A DNA stretch of 64,000 nucleotides from positions 10,907-74,906 of the forward strand of contig JAUSGH010000001.1 in the NCBI GenBank assembly GCA_030649055.1. The letters are read 5' to 3'. Shown here piece after piece: positions 54,551 to 64,000 of the stretch. Origin of the DNA: a bacterium (GTDB taxonomy: Bacteria > Patescibacteriota > Minisyncoccia > UBA6257 > JAUSGH01). Under the pieces are notes generated by a model, which was not told where the DNA came from, made no database searches, and was given only the letters and a program-made list of their open reading frames with translations. Position numbers and translations under genes: made by a program. Each line of letters opens with the position of its first letter. The stretch's first letter is position 1.

Positions 54551-56134
54551 ATGACGACATTATCGGCACCAATGCAAAAACTGCTCACGGCGTTCCGCGT
54601 GTGGCGCGAGGTGACGCCAGTGGAAGAGGTCCCGAAAATCCACGTTGATGAAATCGCGGCGAAAATTGCCGCCTTTTACGAGAAGGTTCGGAACATCGTG
54701 GATTATCACGATGAGCACCTACTGCGGAAGCGGTTTATTTTGCGCGCGTTGAAACGCCGTCTCATTATGCAGCGTTCGGACGACATGGCCGAGGCGCTCA
54801 TCAAGGAAATTATCCGTTCGGGGCATTTGCCCAACGACACGATTCCACAGGGAAAGATTCCGGAAGTCCAGCAGTTGATTGACGGCATGCGCGTCGTAAC
54901 CGACCGCTTGCGAGGCCAAAATCCGCGCGAAGCCAGAGCGCTAGAAGAATGGCTTATTGAAATTGCCGCGAACTCCATTGAAGAAAATCTGGTGCCGCCC
55001 GCGAAAGACGCCATCCTTTTTGAACTTGCCTTCGCGACGGTGCGGAAAGATTGCGCGGTGACGGGGGCGGCATTAAGCGAGGATGAAATCGCGTTGCACC
55101 TCTTTGTCGCGCTCCAGCGGTCGCTGTTTCGCGTGGACGACGATCAGTTGTGCTATCGCTTATTCGCGTTTATTGCTCCGCAGTGGAAGCTGCTGCCAGG
55201 CATGGACGCCGAGCGCATTGCCATGGAACTTCCGGCATTGAAGAACAGCATCAACGCCGCGATGAAAAGCCGGCATATCGGCGCGTTTGAAAAACTGTGC
55301 AACCGATACAACACCGCCTTTTTTCTTATCGGAGACATTATTGAAGAGTACCAGACCATTGACGCGTTTACAGGCCTTTTGCAGGACGAAGCGGCGCTCA
55401 AAAGCGCAATCGCGCGGATGTACGCGCGCCGGTTTGAACGTGAGAGGCATCGCCTGCACCGCCTGGCATTCTTCAGTGTTCTTTCGTTTTTGCTTTCTAA
55501 AATCACCATCGCGCTAGCCGTGGAAATCCCGATTGAAACATACCTCACGCATAGCTTTTCCCTTACCAACACCATTTTAAACATCCTTTTCCCGCCGTTT
55601 TTGATGCTGATGATTGTCGCCGGTATCCGCATGCCGGGGAAGAAGAACGCGGAGCTTGCTACCGCCGCGGTTGCCGAAATCGTATACGAAGAAAAACCCC
55701 GCCGGTACTTTATCGTGATTCCGAAGCGCCACGGTATTGTTGTCGGGGCGTTTATGTACGGCACTTACCTCGCGCTCTTCGCGCTGTCCTTCAACGCGCT
55801 CTACCGTGTGCTCACGGCATTGCATTTCAACATCGCAAACATCATCGTTTTCGCGCTCTTTGTCTCACTGGTCTTGGCGGCCGGCGTGCGGATTAAAAAC
55901 CGCGCGCGCGACTTGAGCGTCGCGCCATTGAAGGCGACAGTCGCGTCGTTTATCCTTGATCTCTTTATTTTCCCGTTCATCACCGTTGGCCAATGGATTA
56001 TCTCCGGACTTGCGAAATTTAACGTGCTCGTGCTCGCGATGAACGCGGTCATTGAACTCCCGTTCCAATTTTTGGTTGAGTTTTTGGAAAACCTCCGCGG
56101 ATTTATTGAAAGCAAAAAAGACAAGTTGCGATAA
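54551..56134 (+). CDS. Hypothetical membrane protein (soluble N-domain of about 300 aa plus a C-terminal multi-TM domain)
   Basis: 527 aa. Several hydrophobic helices after residue 300. No recognised motif. Confidence 0.55.
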   Translation: MTTLSAPMQKLLTAFRVWREVTPVEEVPKIHVDEIAAKIAAFYEKVRNIVDYHDEHLLRKRFILRALKRRLIMQRSDDMAEALIKEIIRSGHLPNDTIPQGKIPEVQQLIDGMRVVTDRLRGQNPREARALEEWLIEIAANSIEENLVPPAKDAILFELAFATVRKDCAVTGAALSEDEIALHLFVALQRSLFRVDDDQLCYRLFAFIAPQWKLLPGMDAERIAMELPALKNSINAAMKSRHIGAFEKLCNRYNTAFFLIGDIIEEYQTIDAFTGLLQDEAALKSAIARMYARRFERERHRLHRLAFFSVLSFLLSKITIALAVEIPIETYLTHSFSLTNTILNILFPPFLMLMIVAGIRMPGKKNAELATAAVAEIVYEEKPRRYFIVIPKRHGIVVGAFMYGTYLALFALSFNALYRVLTALHFNIANIIVFALFVSLVLAAGVRIKNRARDLSVAPLKATVASFILDLFIFPFITVGQWIISGLAKFNVLVLAMNAVIELPFQFLVEFLENLRGFIESKKDKLR

Positions 56135-56225
56135 GTGGGATCACAAAGCGCAAATTGCCGAGTGCGTGTGTTATAATAAAGAAATGTGGCGCGGAAAGTG
56201 GGTCTTGACAAAAGTTTTAGGGCTA

Positions 56226-56255
56226 TTGACAAAACTTGACCCTTTCGCATATAAT
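56226..56255 (+). promoter_or_regulatory. Sigma70-like promoter upstream of rpoB with a roughly 190-nt leader
   Basis: TTGACA at 56226-56231, 18-nt spacer, TATAAT at 56250-56255. A second TTGACA lies at 56205. Confidence 0.5.
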
Positions 56256-56448
56256 TACTTTCATATTGTGAGTCACCAAAAATAAACGAAACTTTCCCGT
56301 TTGGGTGGGTTTTGTTTTGTGTAATACGGACAGTTTCTTATTCATGCAATAATAGCCGCTTTGCGGCCAGGGGACACCGCGGGTAAAATTCACCGCGCGC
56401 ATTGAGTGCAGTATTACCATTAAGACGTGACGCGTTCGTAGGGCTTTT

Positions 56449-59400
56449 ATGATTAAACAACTCCCCACGAAGGTTTTCTCAGCGCACAAAGGAGCTCTAG
56501 TGAAGCAGCCGAATTTGGTTGAGGTTCAGACAAATTCGTATCGCTGGTTTTTAGAAAAAGGCATCCGTGAATTGCTTGATGAGGTCTCTCCCATCAAGGA
56601 CTACTCGGGCAAAGAGCTTGAGTTGCATTTTACCGACTTCGCTTTTGACGAGCCGAAGTACGACGAGGCGTATTCACGTTTCAAAGATTTGACGTACGAG
56701 GCGACGTTAAGAGTGAAGGCGAAGCTCACAAACAACCGCACGAAAGGCGAACATGAGCAAGAAGTGTACTTCGGGGATTTTCCGATCATGACCGATCGCG
56801 GTACGTTTATCATCAACGGCGTGGAGCGCGTGGTGGTCTCCCAGCTCATCCGTTCGTCGGGCGTGTATTTCACCGCGAACGTGTGGCGTGGCCGGAAGCT
56901 GTTCGGCGCGAAAGTTATTCCGAACCGCGGCGCGTGGCTTGAATTTGAAACCGACGCGGACGGATTTATCGGAGTGAAGATTGACCGCCGTCGCAAGGCG
57001 CCGGTTACTGACTTGCTCCGCATTTTCGGAAACGTTTCAAACGAGGAAATTTTGAAGGCGTTTGCCGACGCGGACACCGGACCGATTAAGCACATTGCTC
57101 AAACACTGAAAAAAGACAGCGCGGAATCCGCGGACGACGCGTATTTGGAAATATATAAGCGTATCCGTCCGGGCGATTTGGCCGCGCCGGAAAACGCAAA
57201 GAGCTTGATTGACGCGATGTTTAACCGCAACGACCGCTACGATTTGTCGCTGGTTGGCCGGTTTAAGCTCAATGAGCGGCTGAAGTCATATGTTGGCGAC
57301 AAGATCCCCATGGGAGCGGAAGGCACTGCCTCGGGCAAAAAGGACGCGAATTCGCGTCTTTTGGGCTACGACGATTTGGTCCGCATCATTAAAGAAGTCA
57401 TCCGTTTGAATAACGACCAGAGCAATGAGCCGGATGATATTGACCATTTGGGGAACCGCCGCGTGCGTCCAGTGGGGGAATTGTTGCAGAACAAACTCCG
57501 CGTGGGACTCGCGCGCATGCGCCGCATTGTGCAGGACAGAATGTCCACGCTGGAGATTGACACCCTGACCTCCGTACAGCTCGTGAACGCGCGGCCGCTG
57601 ATTTCGGTGGTGAAAGAATTCTTCTCGTCCTCACAGCTTTCGCAGTTCATGGACCAAGTGAACCCGTTGGCTGAGGTGGAACACAAGCGTCGCATCTCCG
57701 CGATGGGTCCGGGCGGTTTGACTCGTGAACGCGCCGGATTTGAGGTGCGCGACGTGCACCGCTCCCATTATGGCCGCATTTGCCCGATTCAAACGCCGGA
57801 AGGCGCGAACATCGGTTTGGTGAATCACTTGTCAAACTATGCTCGTTTGAATGAATTCGGATTTTTGGAAACGCCATACGCGGTGGTCAAAAAAGGGAAA
57901 ATTACCACCGAGATCGTTTGGCTGAACGCGCTTGACGAAGAGAAAAAGAAAATCGCGCATGCCGGCGTGCCGGTGAACGATAAAGGAGAGATAGTGGGCG
58001 AAATTATTGAAGCGCGCGTGAACGGCGAGCCGGGTATTTGCCATCGTGACGAAGTGGACTTGATTGACGTGGCGCCGCAGCAATCCATCAGCGTCGCGAC
58101 CGCGCTTATTCCGTTTTTGGAGCACGACGACGCGAACCGCGCCTTGATGGGTTCTAACATGCAGCGGCAGGCGGTAGTTTCCGTTCGCGCCGACGCGCCG
58201 TATGTCGGCACCGGCATGGAGGACAAGGCCGCGCACGATTCGGGACACTTGGTGCTCGCGGAAGGCGACGGCGAAATTATGGAGGTTGATGCGACAAAAA
58301 TCGTGTTAAAGACGGCGAAGGGCATCACAACGACGCTCCTCAACAAGTTTAAGCGTTCCAACCAGTTCACCTGCATTTCGCAGCGCCCGCTGGTGCAGAA
58401 AGGGGAGTATGTGAAGAAAGGCGCGCTCTTGGCGGACGGTCCTTCCATTGAGAACGGGACCCTCGCCTTGGGACAAAACCTCCTCGTGTCATTTGTGCCG
58501 TGGGATGGAGGCAACTTTGAGGACGCCATCATTTTGTCTGAGCGCGTGGTGCAAAACGACCAGTTCACTTCCATTCATATTGAAGATTTTTATTGTGATG
58601 TCCGGGACACGAAACTTGGGCCCGAAATGACAACCCCTGACATACCGAACGTTTCCGAGGAAAAACTCCGTAATTTGGATGAAGACGGAGTGGTGCGCGT
58701 CGGCGCGGAAGTGAAATCCGGAGATATTTTGGTCGGCAAAATTTCTCCGAAAGGTGAAAGCGAGCTCACTGCCGAGGAGCGTCTGCTCCGGGCGATTTTC
58801 GGTGAAAAAGCGCGTGACGTGAAAGACACCTCGCTTACCATGCCGCATGGCAAATATGGACGCATTGTGGGCATCAAGATCTTCTCGCGTGAGCACGGCG
58901 ATAAGCTTGAGCCGGGTATCATCAAACGGGTGCAGGTGGAAATTGCACAGCTCCGCAAAGTCATGGCGGGCGATAAGCTCGCCGGACGCCACGGCAACAA
59001 GGGTGTTATCTCGCAGGTGCGTCCGGTGGAGGATATGCCGTATCTTGCCGACGGTACACCGGTGGATATCGTGTTAAACCCGCTTGGCGTTGCCTCGCGT
59101 ATGAACCTCGGGCAGATTTTGGAAACGCATTTGGGTTGGGCGGCGAAGACCTTGGGCTACCGCGCGGTGACCCCGGCGCTCTCGGGAGCGACCGACGCGG
59201 ATATTAAAGTGGAACTTAAAAAAGCAGGATTGCCCGAAAGCGGGAAAGTGACGGTGTACGATGGTCGTACCGGAAAACCGTTCAGCCAGCCGGTGACCGT
59301 GGGCATCATCTATATGATGAAGCTCAACCACTTGGTGGAAGACAAGATCCACATGCGCTCCATTGGTCCTTATTCGCTTATTACGCAGCAGCCGTTGGGA

Positions 59401-59691
59401 GGCAAGGCGCAATTCGGCGGTCAGCGCTTCGGCGAAATGGAAGTATGGGCGCTGGAAGGGTATGGCGCTGCGGCGACATTGCAGGAAATGTTGACCATTA
59501 AGTCCGACGACGTGGTTGGCCGTTCCGCCGCATACGAAGCCATCATCAAGGGCGAAAAGATTAAAGCTCCAAACATTCCCGCGTCATTCAATGTGCTCGT
59601 GTCTGAACTGAAAGCGCTTGGCTTAAACGTCGAATTATTGCGGCGCGAACTGACGGCTGAAGAAGAGGCCGCGCGCATGGAACAGAAATAA
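56449..59691 (+). CDS. rpoB: DNA-directed RNA polymerase subunit beta
   Basis: 1080 aa with conserved RpoB blocks ([35 protein letters not shown]). Confidence 0.97.
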   Translation: MIKQLPTKVFSAHKGALVKQPNLVEVQTNSYRWFLEKGIRELLDEVSPIKDYSGKELELHFTDFAFDEPKYDEAYSRFKDLTYEATLRVKAKLTNNRTKGEHEQEVYFGDFPIMTDRGTFIINGVERVVVSQLIRSSGVYFTANVWRGRKLFGAKVIPNRGAWLEFETDADGFIGVKIDRRRKAPVTDLLRIFGNVSNEEILKAFADADTGPIKHIAQTLKKDSAESADDAYLEIYKRIRPGDLAAPENAKSLIDAMFNRNDRYDLSLVGRFKLNERLKSYVGDKIPMGAEGTASGKKDANSRLLGYDDLVRIIKEVIRLNNDQSNEPDDIDHLGNRRVRPVGELLQNKLRVGLARMRRIVQDRMSTLEIDTLTSVQLVNARPLISVVKEFFSSSQLSQFMDQVNPLAEVEHKRRISAMGPGGLTRERAGFEVRDVHRSHYGRICPIQTPEGANIGLVNHLSNYARLNEFGFLETPYAVVKKGKITTEIVWLNALDEEKKKIAHAGVPVNDKGEIVGEIIEARVNGEPGICHRDEVDLIDVAPQQSISVATALIPFLEHDDANRALMGSNMQRQAVVSVRADAPYVGTGMEDKAAHDSGHLVLAEGDGEIMEVDATKIVLKTAKGITTTLLNKFKRSNQFTCISQRPLVQKGEYVKKGALLADGPSIENGTLALGQNLLVSFVPWDGGNFEDAIILSERVVQNDQFTSIHIEDFYCDVRDTKLGPEMTTPDIPNVSEEKLRNLDEDGVVRVGAEVKSGDILVGKISPKGESELTAEERLLRAIFGEKARDVKDTSLTMPHGKYGRIVGIKIFSREHGDKLEPGIIKRVQVEIAQLRKVMAGDKLAGRHGNKGVISQVRPVEDMPYLADGTPVDIVLNPLGVASRMNLGQILETHLGWAAKTLGYRAVTPALSGATDADIKVELKKAGLPESGKVTVYDGRTGKPFSQPVTVGIIYMMKLNHLVEDKIHMRSIGPYSLITQQPLGGKAQFGGQRFGEMEVWALEGYGAAATLQEMLTIKSDDVVGRSAAYEAIIKGEKIKAPNIPASFNVLVSELKALGLNVELLRRELTAEEEAARMEQK

Positions 59692-59703
59692 AGCACTAAA
59701 TCT

Positions 59704-63300
<3,597 letters not shown>

Positions 63301-63331
63301 GGGATAGAGCATGGGAAGCAATGAAACAAAA

Positions 63332-63366
63332 AAGCATGGAAGCATATGGCGCCATGCTTTTTTGTT
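63332..63366 (+). terminator. Intrinsic terminator after rpoC
   Basis: aagcatgg-loop-ccatgctt followed by ttttgtttg. Confidence 0.6.
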
Positions 63367-64000
63367 TGCTATGTTTTGTTATACTTAAAGTAATATGCAA
63401 TTCCAGAATCAAAGAAGCAACCACCTTCCCAATTTATTGCTTTATTGCTTTATTGCTTTATTTCCCTGCCGCCGCTCATGCCTTCAACGGTCCGCCGCCG
63501 GGAAATCCGCCAACCGGTAACGGCTCCATTGTTACGGATGCCTCAAACCGCGTTGGGATTGGAACAGCATCACCCGACCAACTACTCACCGTTAAAAACG
63601 GAATGGTGCATGTCGCGAACGGCGCGACGCTTACGACAACTCCGGGAAGCACCGCTGGATATGGTCTTTTTATCGGCACCGATAACGCAACGGGCGAGTC
63701 GCGCATTCAAACCTATTGGAATACAGGCACGTCATTTTTGACTTTTCATACAAATACCGGCGGACTTGCAAGCGTGGAACGTGCGCGTATTGACGCAAAT
63801 GGCTTGACGACCACCGGCTTCAAACTTACCACCGGACCGGCAATCGGCTACGTTTTGACAAGCGACGCGACAGGTGTTGGCACATGGCAAGCAACGGCGG
63901 GTGATATCACCGGAGTTACGGCCGGAACGGGACTCACAGGAGGAGGAGTTTCAGGCACGGTTACGTTAAATCTTTCTACCCCCGTGACAGTCGCGAATGG
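63354..64000 (+). CDS. Secreted Gly/Thr-rich repeat protein, 5' partial (runs off the window); start uncertain
   Basis: This frame encodes a signal peptide ending AAAHA followed by NGPPPGNPPTGNGSIVTDASNRVGIGTASPDQLLTVKNG..., a fibre or adhesin-like low-complexity protein. The only in-frame ATG upstream of the signal peptide is at 63354, inside the rpoC terminator. Confidence 0.45.
   Translation, partial: MLFCLLCFVILKVICNSRIKEATTFPIYCFIALLLYFPAAAHAFNGPPPGNPPTGNGSIVTDASNRVGIGTASPDQLLTVKNGMVHVANGATLTTTPGSTAGYGLFIGTDNATGESRIQTYWNTGTSFLTFHTNTGGLASVERARIDANGLTTTGFKLTTGPAIGYVLTSDATGVGTWQATAGDITGVTAGTGLTGGGVSGTVTLNLSTPVTVAN

Overview
This 64 kb window reads as a bacterial chromosomal segment with a compact, gene-dense layout. 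It carries a 23S rRNA gene with two intron-like insertions, no 16S gene anywhere in the window, and many small secreted or membrane orphan genes. By inference these traits point to a small-genome lineage such as the Candidate Phyla Radiation (Patescibacteria); this is a guess, not a result. Core genes I can support from their translations: secA, murB, hpf, yraN, a dksA-like zinc-finger gene, comM/yifB, rpsO followed by a NYN-domain gene and pnp, rpsA, gyrA, a sugar-type solute-binding protein, an ABC exporter, xerC/D, ftsH, a HAD hydrolase, a Glu/Leu-type dehydrogenase, rsmE, a class-III aminotransferase, upp, rodA/ftsW, mltG, rpoB and rpoC. RNA genes: a 23S-5S pair with its own promoter, tRNA-Leu(TAG), tRNA-Ile(TAT), tRNA-Ala(CGC), one tRNA with an ambiguous anticodon, and one tRNA-like gene with an insertion of about 40 nt. 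Between these sit many GC-richer orphan genes, three tandem pilin-like paralogs, and a roughly 1070 aa Kelch-like surface protein. There are at least three families of small palindromic intergenic repeats: a TGTCATTCC...GGAATGACA MITE-like element, a hairpin-plus-RBS element flanking rpsA, and a TA-flanked element with terminal inverted repeats. The tRNA-Ile locus is scrambled and looks like an integration site. I also see an iteron-like repeat cluster, a 5' UTR with mutually exclusive hairpins, simple-sequence repeats inside coding regions, and a frameshifted NUDIX gene. No CRISPR array, reverse transcriptase or recognisable defence system was seen. I could not pin down a single standout system. 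The most unusual structures are the tRNA-fragment array with its GC-rich structured block, the intergenic repeat families, and a three-gene GC-rich cassette at 6.1-7.5 kb.
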